Origin: Candidatus Poribacteria bacterium
Lineage (GTDB): Bacteria; Poribacteria; WGA-4E; WGA-3G
Assembly (NCBI GenBank): GCA_965214095.1
Contig: OZ243938.1
Location: 4,960,001 to 5,024,000 of the forward strand
Length of the DNA stretch: 64,000 bases
Direction of reading: 5' to 3'
Position numbers and translations under genes: made by a program
Shown: positions 1 through 10,492 of the stretch, piece by piece
How positions within the stretch are numbered: the stretch's first letter is position 1
Layout of the letters: each line of letters begins with the position of its first letter
Notes under the pieces: model-generated
Database searches by the model: none
Told to the model about the DNA's origin: nothing
Seen by the model: the letters and a program-made list of their open reading frames with translations, nothing else

Positions 1-1
1 T

Positions 2-2560
2 GAAGACGACCAGACGAAAATTGCACACTACCTAAAGTCAGCTGCAAAGGCTACTGGTGGTATGACTGCTGAATTAGAAATTGCCGCAGATGCCCAAATC
101 GGTGTACGCGAAATACGTATTGTAGGTAAAAATGGTGCTTCCACTGCCTGGCCATTTGAAATCACTGATGTAGAAGACACAGTTGAAACAGAATCCAATA
201 ACCAGATGGAGGCCGCAACTTTCATAGAACTGCCTATCATCGTCAACGGTGTTATTAGTTCAGGAGGAGACGAAGATTATTTCAGTTTTGAAGGATTAAA
301 GGGTGAACGTTGTGTCTTCAATGTGAAAGCCTATAGATATAATAACATTAGCCAGCAATTTTTCAATCCCACGATCACCCTCTTTGATGCACAAGGAACA
401 GAACTTATACGGAGTAACGGATTTTATAGTCTTGATCCGCTTATTGACTATGCATTACCAGATGATGGTACTTATTATCTCCGTATCCGAGACCTGCTTT
501 ATCGTGGTAATCCAGATTCTGTCTACAGAATAACAATGGGTGTTGTCCCTTACAACACATATATTTACCCGACAGGTGGCAAAATCGGAAGTGTAATTAA
601 AACCACTATTGGTGGTGAAAATCTACCTGAAACTGAATTGGAAGTAAAACTCCCAAATAATCAACAACCAGGTGTCACGTTGATACGCACCCCTTATGGA
701 ATCTTCCCGTTTATTGCAAACGAATTCTCTGAAGATATTGAACGTTCTATAGAAGTCGCTACAAACAACACAGCATCTGCTGAAGAAAACGATACACAAG
801 CCAAGAATGCTGAGTCTGCTATACTGTTCCAAGCTAAATGCACAGCATGCCATGAACTTCGTTCACCTGAAAACCGCGCGCTTACTTCTGAACAGTGGGA
901 ATCTACCATTACCCGTATGGCAGCGAAAGAAAACGCTGATATGACAGACACGGATCGTGATCGGATTATCGCATTTATTGCTGAAGAAGTCGTCCGCATG
1001 GGACAGCTAATCGCAAAACGGATTGAGAGTGCACAACCCCTCTCAACACCTGGGGCAATAAGTGGTCGTATCTCACAACCGGGAGAGGTGGACTATTACC
1101 GCTTTACCATTTTAGAAGGATCACGTCTCGGTCCTTGGTGGGTTATCCATCCTTTTGACAACACAGACGAAAAAGGATATGAGACCGTCTATCCTCCTGA
1201 GGTCGAAATAGATCTGAAAAAAGAATATATTGGGAAAGAGGGACGTAGGATAAAATGGTATAGAACCAATAGCAGAGGCGAAAATGTCTTCTCAAGTGTC
1301 CCTGAAGATGATGTTACAGGCTATGCTTTGACCTACTTCCAGTCTGAACGTGACCAAAAATACCTGCTCTCTCTCGGATCAGACGATACAATTAAAATAT
1401 GGGTAAACGACAAACTCATCTTTAGCAAATATGTGCATCGACCACTGAACCGAGGCGACGATGTCATTGAACTGCCAGTGAAAAAAGGCAGAAACAAAAT
1501 CCTCGTTAAGGTAACAAACGGCTATGGTCCGTGGGGATTTTTCGCTGATATCGGTGGGTATTCTATTGGTTTATCTGCAGAGAAACTGAATTCACCCCTA
1601 AGTCCTTCTCTGACCTTGTTGAATGAGGAAGGTCGTGTGCTGAGAAATAATGCTGGCAGACGTGGAAGACGGAACGCAATTATTGATTTCAGTTTTGCAC
1701 GTCCTGGTGAATATGCCCTCCGGGTTGAAGACATCGCCGGTAAAGGTGGAGACGGTTATGTTTACCATTTAGACATCCGTCCAACAGTGCCAGACTTTGC
1801 TTTATCTGTTACACCGGACAACCCCAACATCGGTCGAGGTGGGACAGTTTTGATGGAAGTCACACTGCTTCGTCGTGTCGGATTTACCGAACCGATATTA
1901 CTCTCTGTTGAGAACCTACCACCGGGTATCACTGCAAGCAAAAGTTCTATTCTCTCAGAAGGTGGAAATAACGAAGGTTTTCTCACGCTTACTGCTGCAC
2001 CTGACGCTGAATTAGCACATAGCGTTGTTCAGGTTATCGGCACTGTCACAACTGGTTCTGGTCATCAGATACGACGTGCAGCTTCACCGATTGAGGTGTA
2101 TCGGATACGGAATAATGACCAGACTGTACAACGCCAGAGTATTGTCGTCAGTGTAACGGAGTCCTCCCCCATCATCGTTTCGGCTACACCCAGTGAGGTT
2201 GTGGTAACACCAGATGGTCCCGTTGATATTACCGTAAAGGTTGATCGACGCAGAGGTAACCGACAAAACATGAACTTGACAGTGGCGGGTTTACCGTTTG
2301 GCGTGACACTCCAACGAGAAACAACTGTTCTCCGTAGAGGCACATCCGAAGCAACAATAACACTTGTTCCCAACATTGTTACCAGTGGAAATAATGAATT
2401 AAGACGTAACCCATTCATCGGAAATAAACAGGAAAGACCTTACACCTTTGTTATTAATGCTTCTGTAGGAAACCGTCGCATCGCAAGCAGTCCTGCTGTT
2501 GAACTCTGGCTCGGAGACCCACCAGATTCTGATGAACAGGCAAAATTAGACGATAATTAA
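2..2560 (+). CDS. Multidomain pre-peptidase C-terminal (PPC)-repeat protein with an inserted c-type cytochrome domain and a PA14-like beta domain; 5'-truncated by the window
   Basis: Frame is open from base 2 (EDDQTKIAHYL...). PPC-like motifs 'GDEDYFSF...DGTYYLRIRD' and 'GEVDYYRF...PGEYALRVED'; haem motif CTACH; 'LGSDDTIKIWVND'. Confidence 0.65.
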   Translation, partial: EDDQTKIAHYLKSAAKATGGMTAELEIAADAQIGVREIRIVGKNGASTAWPFEITDVEDTVETESNNQMEAATFIELPIIVNGVISSGGDEDYFSFEGLKGERCVFNVKAYRYNNISQQFFNPTITLFDAQGTELIRSNGFYSLDPLIDYALPDDGTYYLRIRDLLYRGNPDSVYRITMGVVPYNTYIYPTGGKIGSVIKTTIGGENLPETELEVKLPNNQQPGVTLIRTPYGIFPFIANEFSEDIERSIEVATNNTASAEENDTQAKNAESAILFQAKCTACHELRSPENRALTSEQWESTITRMAAKENADMTDTDRDRIIAFIAEEVVRMGQLIAKRIESAQPLSTPGAISGRISQPGEVDYYRFTILEGSRLGPWWVIHPFDNTDEKGYETVYPPEVEIDLKKEYIGKEGRRIKWYRTNSRGENVFSSVPEDDVTGYALTYFQSERDQKYLLSLGSDDTIKIWVNDKLIFSKYVHRPLNRGDDVIELPVKKGRNKILVKVTNGYGPWGFFADIGGYSIGLSAEKLNSPLSPSLTLLNEEGRVLRNNAGRRGRRNAIIDFSFARPGEYALRVEDIAGKGGDGYVYHLDIRPTVPDFALSVTPDNPNIGRGGTVLMEVTLLRRVGFTEPILLSVENLPPGITASKSSILSEGGNNEGFLTLTAAPDAELAHSVVQVIGTVTTGSGHQIRRAASPIEVYRIRNNDQTVQRQSIVVSVTESSPIIVSATPSEVVVTPDGPVDITVKVDRRRGNRQNMNLTVAGLPFGVTLQRETTVLRRGTSEATITLVPNIVTSGNNELRRNPFIGNKQERPYTFVINASVGNRRIASSPAVELWLGDPPDSDEQAKLDDN

Positions 2561-2569
2561 ACTAATGCT

Positions 2570-2820
2570 GTGTCCATTCGGACATTGTAGGTCGGGTAGA
2601 GGCACCAAACCCGACTTTTATTGATGACTAAGTTGAATAGTGAAGTGTCCATTTGGACATTGTAGGTCGGGTAGAGGCACGAAACCCGACTTTTATTGAT
2701 GACTAAGTTGAATAGTGAAGTGTCCCTTCGGACATTGTAGGTCGGGTAGAGGCACCAAACCCGACTTTTATTGATGATAAATGGATGCATGTCGGGTGTC
2801 GTGCCTCTACCCGACCTACA
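2570..2820. repeat. REP/BIME-like cluster: three 75-bp tandem units carrying GTAGGTCGGGTAGAGGCACNAAACCCGAC plus one inverted copy
   Basis: Units start at 2570, 2645 and 2720; inverted copy at about 2790-2820; the same motif occurs as an inverted pair at 13297-13381. Confidence 0.8.
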
Positions 2821-2940
2821 AGATTAGTGTAGACAGAACACTACCTTGCTATTTTGCATATACTATAAATGGTTATGATTTAAGCCTCGCCTATCAAATA
2901 TTACACTTTATCTATTTTAATTCCACATCTGGAGGTGTGA

Positions 2941-5900
2941 ATGTCAGGATACTATCGATTCCCAACTATTTCTAATGAAACAATTGTTTTTGTTTGTGAA
3001 GATGATTTATGGACAGTCCCAATCAACGGCGGTGTTGCCCGAAGGTTAACATCAAATCTCGGTGCCACAGGTTCACCTCAATTATCACCGAACGGTGAAC
3101 ATCTCGCTTTTGCAGGTCGTGAGGAGGGTCCAACAGAAGTATATATCATGCCATCTCTCGGCGGTGAAGCAAAAAGACTCACTTATCAAGGTAGTAACGT
3201 CAGTATAGTCGGATGGGATGCGGACGGAGAAAATATCCTATATTCCAGCGGTGCAAGTTCAGCATTTGGCGCATGGATATGGAGCATTTCTCCTGAAGGT
3301 GGTGAACCGCAACGTCTTCCTTACGGTCCCGCTAACCACATTGCATTCGGTAAAGATGGCGGTGTTATACTCGGTAGACTGACACGAGAACCCGCACGAT
3401 GGAAACGATATCGCGGTGGCACAGCTGGACAACTCTGGATTGACGAAAACGGTGACGGACAATTTGAACCTTTCACACCAGTGGAAAGCAATTTTACCAC
3501 CCCAATGTGGATTGGAGACCGCATCTATTTTATCTCGGACCACGAAGGCGTTGGAAACATATATTCCTGTCAAACTAATGGCGAAGATATTCAACGTCAC
3601 ACCCATCAGGAAACCTACTACTGCCGATCCGCGCAAACAGATGGCACGCGTATTGTCTATCATGCTGGTGCCGATTTATGGGTCTACGATATAGATACCG
3701 ATACAAATAATCAAGTTGATGTAGAGTTTAGAAGTCCACGTATCCAACGTCAACGCAAATTTGTTAGTGCATCCCAATACCTTCAAGATTCTATGCCATC
3801 TGCCGACGGTAGATCTGTTGCACTGACTTCCCGTGGCAAACTTTTTACGATGGCAAATTGGGATGGTGCTGTTCTCCAACACGGAAACCGCAACGGAACA
3901 CGATACAGAACACCACGATGGCTGAACGATGGAAAACGCATCATTACTCTTTCCGATGCAGGTGGTGAAGAAGCCTTAGAAATCCACACATGCGATGGCA
4001 GTGCTGAAGTCCGTAGACTTGACGAACTTGATATAGGACATGTCAGACAATTCACCGTATGTCCTAAAGGTGATGACTTAAAAGACCAACTCCTCATCGT
4101 AAACCAACGTTTTGAACTCCTGCATATTGAACTTGAAACACCAGAAATGCGAGTGCTTGATAAGAGCGAATACGGCCGAATAGGAGGCGCAACTTGGTCA
4201 CCTGATGGAAAGTGGATCGCCTATAGTTACCCTGTGACAGAAACAACATCATCAATAAAACTCTGTAATGTAGAAACGGGAGAAACAGTTTATATAACTA
4301 AACCAGAATTCAGAGATTTTGCGCCAGCGTGGGATCCTGATGGAAAATACCTCTACTTCTTATCTCATCGCGAATTTGATCCGGTTGGAGATGCATTACA
4401 ATTTGAACTTAGTTTTCCTATCGCCACACGTCCACTCTTGGTTACATTGCAAAAGGAATTACCAAACCCATTTATTCCAGCAACACCAGCACCTGAAGAG
4501 GATAAAGATAAAGAAAAGAAGGAAAATGGTGACGAGGATACAGAAGAAAAAACTGATGAAAAAGATGATGAATCTAAAGAGAAAGAGGACGAGAATAAGC
4601 AAAAACCCATCAATATTGAGTTAGATGGTATTGAGGAACGCGTTGTCGCATTCCCGTATTCACACGGACGTTACGGACAGATTGCCGGTGTTGAGGGGAA
4701 AGCAATCTTCACCACCTGGCCTTTACACCATGCGACTAATGTTCCTGGAGAAGATGAACAACGTGATAAAGGAAAACTCCACGCCTATGATTTCAAAGAA
4801 CAGAAAAAAGAGGTCCTCGTTTCAGATATTGCTTCTTTCACACTTTCGGGAGATAACAAATCCCTTCTATACCGTACAGGAAACAAGGTGCGTGTGGTGA
4901 AGACTGGCAAAAAAGTTGATGGTCAAAAGGGTAGCAAAGGTGGTTCTAATCGACACACAGGTTGGATAGACATAAACCGCATCCGACCATCTGTTATTCC
5001 CACTGCCGAATGGAAGCAAATGTATCGGGAAGCGTGGCGACTTCAACGCGATTATTTCTGGACTGAGGATATGTCCGACGTTGATTGGGAAAATGTGTAT
5101 CAACGTTATCTACCACTACTTGATAGGATTGCAACACGTGGTGAATTTTCTGACCTTATGTGGGAAATGCAAGGAGAACTCGGAACATCGCACGCGTATG
5201 AATCTGGCGGGGATTACCGCAGTTCACCAAACTACGGACAAGGCTTCCTCGGTGCTGATTTTGTCTACGACGCGGAAAATAACGGATACCGTATTACACA
5301 CATTGTTCGGGGTGATACTTGGAATGAGCGCAGAGATTCACCGCTCAATGCCCCCGGTATCAACGTCCAAGAGGGTGATATCCTGCTATCTATAGGTGGA
5401 CAGCAACTCAGTCAGAATGTGTCTCCTGGCGAATTGTTAGTCAACCTTGGTGGACAAGAAGTGCAAACCACATTCAAAAATGCCAGTGATGGTGCAAACC
5501 GCGTTGTCACCATCAAAACGCTTGGTGGTGAAGGCGATCTACGGTACCGTGAATGGGTAGCACAAAATCGGAAATATGTTCACGAGAAAACGGATGGAAA
5601 AGTGGGGTACGTTCATATTCCCGATATGGGAAGCCGTGGCTATGCTGAGTTCCATCGTGGTTATCTTGCTGAAGTGAGTTATCCTGCCCTCCTGATTGAT
5701 GTTCGCTACAACGGGGGTGGAAATGTATCGCAGCTAATATTAGAAAAGTTGTCTCGCCATCGTATTGGATATGCTATTCCACGATGGGGTACACCTAATC
5801 CATATCCTACTGCTTCAGTATTAGGTCCGATGATTACAGTTACCAATGAAAATGCGGGTTCTGATGGGGACATTTTCTCCCACTGCTTCAAATTGATGAA

Positions 5901-6222
5901 GTTAGGCAAATTAATCGGAAAACGTACGTGGGGTGGTGTCATCGGTATTTCAACCCATCAAGGTTTTGTAGATGGCGGTAGAACAACACAACCGGAGTAC
6001 TCTTTCTGGTTTGTTGATGTGGGTTGGAGTGTAGAAAACTACGGCACTGACCCGGACATTGAAGTGGATTATAGACCACAGGATTATATGACAGATGATG
6101 ATCCACAACTTGACAAAGCGATTGAAATTCTCCTCCAAGAGATGGAAGAAAACCCACCCGAACTCCCCGATTTCGGTGACCGTCCTCGCTTAACGCTACC
6201 CACCTTGCCAAAGGTTGAATAG
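2941..6222 (+). CDS. Tricorn protease homologue (peptidase S41, beta-propellers + PDZ)
   Basis: Motifs 'WKRYRGGTAG', 'ELGTSHAY', 'DVRYNGGG', catalytic 'AGSDGD', 'IGKRTWGGVIGI', 'VENYGTDPDIEV'; RBS GGAGG upstream. Confidence 0.93.
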   Translation: MSGYYRFPTISNETIVFVCEDDLWTVPINGGVARRLTSNLGATGSPQLSPNGEHLAFAGREEGPTEVYIMPSLGGEAKRLTYQGSNVSIVGWDADGENILYSSGASSAFGAWIWSISPEGGEPQRLPYGPANHIAFGKDGGVILGRLTREPARWKRYRGGTAGQLWIDENGDGQFEPFTPVESNFTTPMWIGDRIYFISDHEGVGNIYSCQTNGEDIQRHTHQETYYCRSAQTDGTRIVYHAGADLWVYDIDTDTNNQVDVEFRSPRIQRQRKFVSASQYLQDSMPSADGRSVALTSRGKLFTMANWDGAVLQHGNRNGTRYRTPRWLNDGKRIITLSDAGGEEALEIHTCDGSAEVRRLDELDIGHVRQFTVCPKGDDLKDQLLIVNQRFELLHIELETPEMRVLDKSEYGRIGGATWSPDGKWIAYSYPVTETTSSIKLCNVETGETVYITKPEFRDFAPAWDPDGKYLYFLSHREFDPVGDALQFELSFPIATRPLLVTLQKELPNPFIPATPAPEEDKDKEKKENGDEDTEEKTDEKDDESKEKEDENKQKPINIELDGIEERVVAFPYSHGRYGQIAGVEGKAIFTTWPLHHATNVPGEDEQRDKGKLHAYDFKEQKKEVLVSDIASFTLSGDNKSLLYRTGNKVRVVKTGKKVDGQKGSKGGSNRHTGWIDINRIRPSVIPTAEWKQMYREAWRLQRDYFWTEDMSDVDWENVYQRYLPLLDRIATRGEFSDLMWEMQGELGTSHAYESGGDYRSSPNYGQGFLGADFVYDAENNGYRITHIVRGDTWNERRDSPLNAPGINVQEGDILLSIGGQQLSQNVSPGELLVNLGGQEVQTTFKNASDGANRVVTIKTLGGEGDLRYREWVAQNRKYVHEKTDGKVGYVHIPDMGSRGYAEFHRGYLAEVSYPALLIDVRYNGGGNVSQLILEKLSRHRIGYAIPRWGTPNPYPTASVLGPMITVTNENAGSDGDIFSHCFKLMKLGKLIGKRTWGGVIGISTHQGFVDGGRTTQPEYSFWFVDVGWSVENYGTDPDIEVDYRPQDYMTDDDPQLDKAIEILLQEMEENPPELPDFGDRPRLTLPTLPKVE

Positions 6223-6278
6223 GTATCAATAATAGAATTGATAAGTGCGTTATGCAAACGCGCTTATCAATTTTATAG

Positions 6279-6416
6279 TAATACCATTCTGAATAAGAAC
6301 ATACCATTAAAGAAATAGATGGTTCGTAGTCGCGCAATTCATTGCGCCTCTTACATCCTATAACAGTTTGAAATTAAAATTTCATCTTGAGAACTTCTTT
6401 ATTAGAATTGGTATAA
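6279..6416. repeat. MITE-like element (ATACCATTCT...AGAATTGGTAT ends) carrying the REP GTAGTCGCGCAATTCATTGCGC
   Basis: The same REP recurs at about 12669 (inverted), 29660 and 39130. Confidence 0.55.
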
Positions 6417-6422
6417 AATCCT

Positions 6423-7439
6423 CTATTCGGAGATGGATACTTTCTCACCAGTCTCTACACTTTGACTTATCGCTTCCAAAACACGCATGTTCTGATATGC
6501 ATCCTCAAGGCTTGAGTGTGGTTGCGTGCCTGCTTTTAAGGACTGTGCCCAATGTTGCAGCTCCTCAAGGTACCCGGGTCTATTGATGCCGTGATATGCA
6601 GAATTTATACTCCATTCTTCCGTTGGTGTATCAATATAACCACCACCTGTTCCGAGCCAAGTCGGGACACGATAACGTTTTAACTTCATTGTTTCAAACA
6701 CCTGAATTGCCTGATTATTCGTGCCTTTGATAAAAACCATAGATTCTAAGACGGGTCCTGTGCCGAGTGTCATTGTACCAACACCGCCATTTTTATATTT
6801 TAGGTTAACAGATATTGACACATTACTGGATGGGGCATCAATTGCACCAATCGCGTATACTTCGCTGACCTGTCCCATAAAGAATCGCATGCCATCGGTT
6901 GGATGTATAACTTGATCCAACATGAAGTGCCATGCGAAAGGAGAACCTGCTTCACGAACTCGTGGTCCCGGTGCGAGATAGCGGGTATGATATTGACAGG
7001 CAGAACCGAAATCGTCCTCGTCAATTAGGCGTTTTGCGATTTGATGTGCAGGTGCATGCCGCCACATTGTGCCGACCATACCAGTTTTGCCAGTTTCCAC
7101 TGAGGCATCAAGCAACTTTTTTGCACCCGCAACGGTTGATGCAGGAGGCTTTTCTGTATAAATGTGATATCCATTTTGCATGCATATTATACCGATGTCA
7201 CGATGCATGTTATCTGGTCTACCGACAACTGCAACGGCATATAGATCTTCATTCTTGAACATCTCATTGTAATCAGTGTAGTGACGTAATGCCCCAAACT
7301 TTCGTGCGTTTGATTTCGCCTTATCTTCTACAAGATCACACGTGGCAACGAATTCAAACTCAGGTATCATTGGAATGCACTGCTGTAAGCGAGATGACAT
7401 TCTACCACAACCAATAAAGGCTATTCTTATTTTGTCCAT
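6423..7439 (-). CDS. Gfo/Idh/MocA family NAD(P)-dependent oxidoreductase (paralogue 2)
   Basis: Rossmann 'IAFIGCG', 'HIYTEKPPA', 'LDQVIHPTD'. Confidence 0.9.
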   Translation of the reverse strand: MDKIRIAFIGCGRMSSRLQQCIPMIPEFEFVATCDLVEDKAKSNARKFGALRHYTDYNEMFKNEDLYAVAVVGRPDNMHRDIGIICMQNGYHIYTEKPPASTVAGAKKLLDASVETGKTGMVGTMWRHAPAHQIAKRLIDEDDFGSACQYHTRYLAPGPRVREAGSPFAWHFMLDQVIHPTDGMRFFMGQVSEVYAIGAIDAPSSNVSISVNLKYKNGGVGTMTLGTGPVLESMVFIKGTNNQAIQVFETMKLKRYRVPTWLGTGGGYIDTPTEEWSINSAYHGINRPGYLEELQHWAQSLKAGTQPHSSLEDAYQNMRVLEAISQSVETGEKVSISE

Positions 7440-7547
7440 GCAATATTCTCCAATTATATATAGTTGATATTTCTCAAAAGTTAAAGATCAATCCAAAAAC
7501 CATCTTTATCTGGACAAATGATTACTTATCTCATTGTATTACCTTCA

Positions 7548-8567
7548 TCAGTTTGTGATGTGCACTTTCTCACCAGTTTCTATGCTTTGACTTATGGCTT
7601 CCAAAACACGCATGTTCTGATATGCATCCTCAAGGCTTGAGTGTGGTTGTGTCCCTGCTTTTAAGGATTGTGCCCAATGTCGCATCTCCTCAAGGTACCC
7701 GGGTCTACTGATACCGTGAAAAGCAGTGTTTATATTCCACTCTTCTGTCGGTGTATCAATATAACCACCACCTGTTCCGAGCCAAGTCGGGACACGATAA
7801 CGTTTTAACTTCATTGTTTCAAACACCTGAATTGCCTGATTGTTAGTGCCTTTGATAAAAACCATAGCTTCCAAGACGGGGCCAGTGCCAAGTGTCATTG
7901 TGCCGACACCTCCATCTTCATATTTTAAGTTAACAGACATTGACACATTACTGGATGGTGCATCAATCGCGCCAATGGCGTATACTTCGCTGACTTGTCC
8001 CATAAAGAATCGCATACAATCGGTTGGATGTATGACTTGATCCAACATGAAGTGCCATGCAAAAGGTGAACCTGCTTCACTCACTCGTGGACCTGGTGCA
8101 AGATAACGTGTATGATATTGACAGGCAGAACCGAAATCGTACTCGTCAATCAAACGTTTTGCGATTTGATGTGCGGGTGCATGCCGCCACATTGTGCCTA
8201 CCATACCAGTTTTGCCAGTCTCTTTGGACACATCAACTAACATCTTTGCTCCAGCAGCGGTCGTTGCCGGAGGTTTCTCGGTATAGATATGGTATCCGTT
8301 TTTCATACACTCGATGCCGATGTCCCGATGAAGTTTGTCCTCCGGTCTACCTACCACTGCAACAGCATATAAGTCTTCATTCTTGAACATCTCATTGTAG
8401 TCAGTATAGTGACGTAATGCCCCAAATCTTCGTGCATTTGATTTTGCTTTGTCTTCAACAAGATCGCATGTAGCAACAAATTCAAAATCGGGTATCATTG
8501 GAATGCACTGTTGTAGGATAGATGACATTCCACCACAACCGATAAAAGCTATTCTTATTTTTTCCAT
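7548..8567 (-). CDS. Gfo/Idh/MocA family oxidoreductase (paralogue 1)
   Basis: Same motifs; highly similar to the adjacent copy. Confidence 0.9.
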   Translation of the reverse strand: MEKIRIAFIGCGGMSSILQQCIPMIPDFEFVATCDLVEDKAKSNARRFGALRHYTDYNEMFKNEDLYAVAVVGRPEDKLHRDIGIECMKNGYHIYTEKPPATTAAGAKMLVDVSKETGKTGMVGTMWRHAPAHQIAKRLIDEYDFGSACQYHTRYLAPGPRVSEAGSPFAWHFMLDQVIHPTDCMRFFMGQVSEVYAIGAIDAPSSNVSMSVNLKYEDGGVGTMTLGTGPVLEAMVFIKGTNNQAIQVFETMKLKRYRVPTWLGTGGGYIDTPTEEWNINTAFHGISRPGYLEEMRHWAQSLKAGTQPHSSLEDAYQNMRVLEAISQSIETGEKVHITN

Positions 8568-8895
8568 ATTCTATTCTCCAATTGATTTGATTCGTTTATT
8601 GTGAATTCTAAAATTATTTGGATATTCTGCATCGGCGAGGTTGGGAAACCTCGCCTACCGTAGAAAGAAATACATTTCAATTTAGGTTTCACCATAGTTA
8701 CATGAGAAGTGTGCATAAAGAAAAGCAATCTCAAATATAGTCTTAAAAGTAGTAGGCACGCTCCGCGTGCCGTCCACAAAATCAAAGCATCTCTATAGAT
8801 TATACTGCCACAAAGGAGAAATTTACATATAAAGAAATACTTGATGAGAGACGCAGCCAATGTTGGCACATAATATATTTATGCACACCCCTCAG

Positions 8896-9285
8896 TTACA
8901 TAAAAGGGTTGTGTGCGACTTCCCAATAAAAGCCATCAGGGTCTTTGAAATAACCGGAATACCCACCCCAAAACACTTTCTGTCCGGGTTTAACAAGCTC
9001 TGCTCCCGCTTCCACAGCTTCTGCTAAGGTCTTGTCTACTTCCTCTGGTGAACCTACATTGTGTGCCAATGTAAATCCTTGAAATCCCGATCCATCATCA
9101 GGGATAGTTATATCTTCAGCCAGTTTGTCTCTTGGATAAAGTCCGAATATTATGCCTTCCAACTGAAAAAATGCGATGCCTTCTGATTCATCCATTCTTG
9201 GAAAACCTAACCCGTCTTGATAAAAGTTAATGGCTCTTTGCAAATCTTCTACACCAAGTGTAACTATTGTAATATGCGGGTTCAT
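8896..9285 (-). CDS. VOC/glyoxalase family protein
   Basis: 'ITIVTLGVEDLQRAINFY', 'FWGGYSGYFKDPDGFYWEVAHNP'. Confidence 0.9.
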   Translation of the reverse strand: MNPHITIVTLGVEDLQRAINFYQDGLGFPRMDESEGIAFFQLEGIIFGLYPRDKLAEDITIPDDGSGFQGFTLAHNVGSPEEVDKTLAEAVEAGAELVKPGQKVFWGGYSGYFKDPDGFYWEVAHNPFM

Positions 9286-9307
9286 TCATACTCCTTGCGT
9301 GAGATCG

Positions 9308-10477
9308 TTATTGTAATGTCGCACCTTCCGGACGTGGTGCAGTTGGCCGGATAAGTGTGTTTTGGTAGGATTGATATGCAAGTTCTGCCAAATGTGGTGT
9401 TTCAAGTTTTCTATGCTTTTCCGCGCGTGAATGCATGATGGCATCAAGAATTCCAGTTGTTAAGAGTGTGCGTTCTACAGGATATTGTGGAATTCCTGTT
9501 ACGAACATCTCTTCTATATTTAGACTCAGATAACTAAAATGAGCATAAGGCGTTCCGTTCTGTAAGTAAAATTCTGTAGCAAGAATCTCATTACCATGTT
9601 GTGCTGCATAAGCAAAATCTGTTACATATCCGTTTAACATCAACACCGCAGAACAAAAACCGTCACGATGTTCCATCAGAAACACTATAGGACTTGGACA
9701 TCCTTCAATGATAGATGTATTAGGTCTATTCTCAATTTGTGCACAAGCTGCTTCAGCCAAATCAAGTGACCATTCTCCGGATTCTGCTGCGTTCCACACA
9801 TCCTGTCCCTCCAAACACTGAACAGATACAACACCAGATTCACCACCTGTCCGTCGTTCGATCATACACTGTAACGTCTCCAGTGCATGAAAACCGTAGG
9901 ACTCAACACCACCATAACCGATTGCAATAGCAGCATCCAAGGGAGTATCAAGTGGGTGTTCCACAAAGGGTTGCCGCCAACATACAGGTAACGATGATCC
10001 TGCCATGAATGGCACATTGAGTTGAGTTGCCCGTGCGGACATCCAGTCGGCATCATCCCAATTGTAGGAAAGATGTTTATCACAGAAAACGGGTACAGAC
10101 CGACCACTTGATGCAAATACACCACATATCTGCTCAAACATATATCGGCGCGGATACATGTGCTGTTCAAACTCGTTATGCGGATAGTCCCCGTGTTCAC
10201 CGATAAGAAGCACACCATCAACAGCAAGTTCATTTTCACCAAGTGTCAATGCTTGCCGGATACTGGGATAGATCGGTACATTATGTTCTGCCGCTAAATT
10301 AACACCAATGTCGCGAGAATCAATCTGGTCCAGATAAATGGATACCAAATCCACACGCGGTTCAAGAAATCCTTTATCAGTAGGATAACCCTTCATGTAT
10401 TTTGTAGCAATTACGTCTGCATGAGAGTTTGGAAAATAGGTTGTGATTATTGCTGCGATTTTCTTTCGTTGTTCCAT
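9308..10477 (-). CDS. Conserved hypothetical protein, probably a Gfo/Idh/MocA-like oxidoreductase
   Basis: 'VDGVLLIGEHGDYP', 'PVFCDKHLS', 'MAGSSLP', 'YGFHALE'. Confidence 0.7.
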   Translation of the reverse strand: MEQRKKIAAIITTYFPNSHADVIATKYMKGYPTDKGFLEPRVDLVSIYLDQIDSRDIGVNLAAEHNVPIYPSIRQALTLGENELAVDGVLLIGEHGDYPHNEFEQHMYPRRYMFEQICGVFASSGRSVPVFCDKHLSYNWDDADWMSARATQLNVPFMAGSSLPVCWRQPFVEHPLDTPLDAAIAIGYGGVESYGFHALETLQCMIERRTGGESGVVSVQCLEGQDVWNAAESGEWSLDLAEAACAQIENRPNTSIIEGCPSPIVFLMEHRDGFCSAVLMLNGYVTDFAYAAQHGNEILATEFYLQNGTPYAHFSYLSLNIEEMFVTGIPQYPVERTLLTTGILDAIMHSRAEKHRKLETPHLAELAYQSYQNTLIRPTAPRPEGATLQ

Positions 10478-10492
10478 AAATGTAGTTGTCCA

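Noticed and set aside
2570-2790. Possible CRISPR array (75-bp periodicity)
   Set aside because: The intervening sequences are near-identical rather than unique spacers, the motif is a dispersed GTAG REP, and no cas genes are present.
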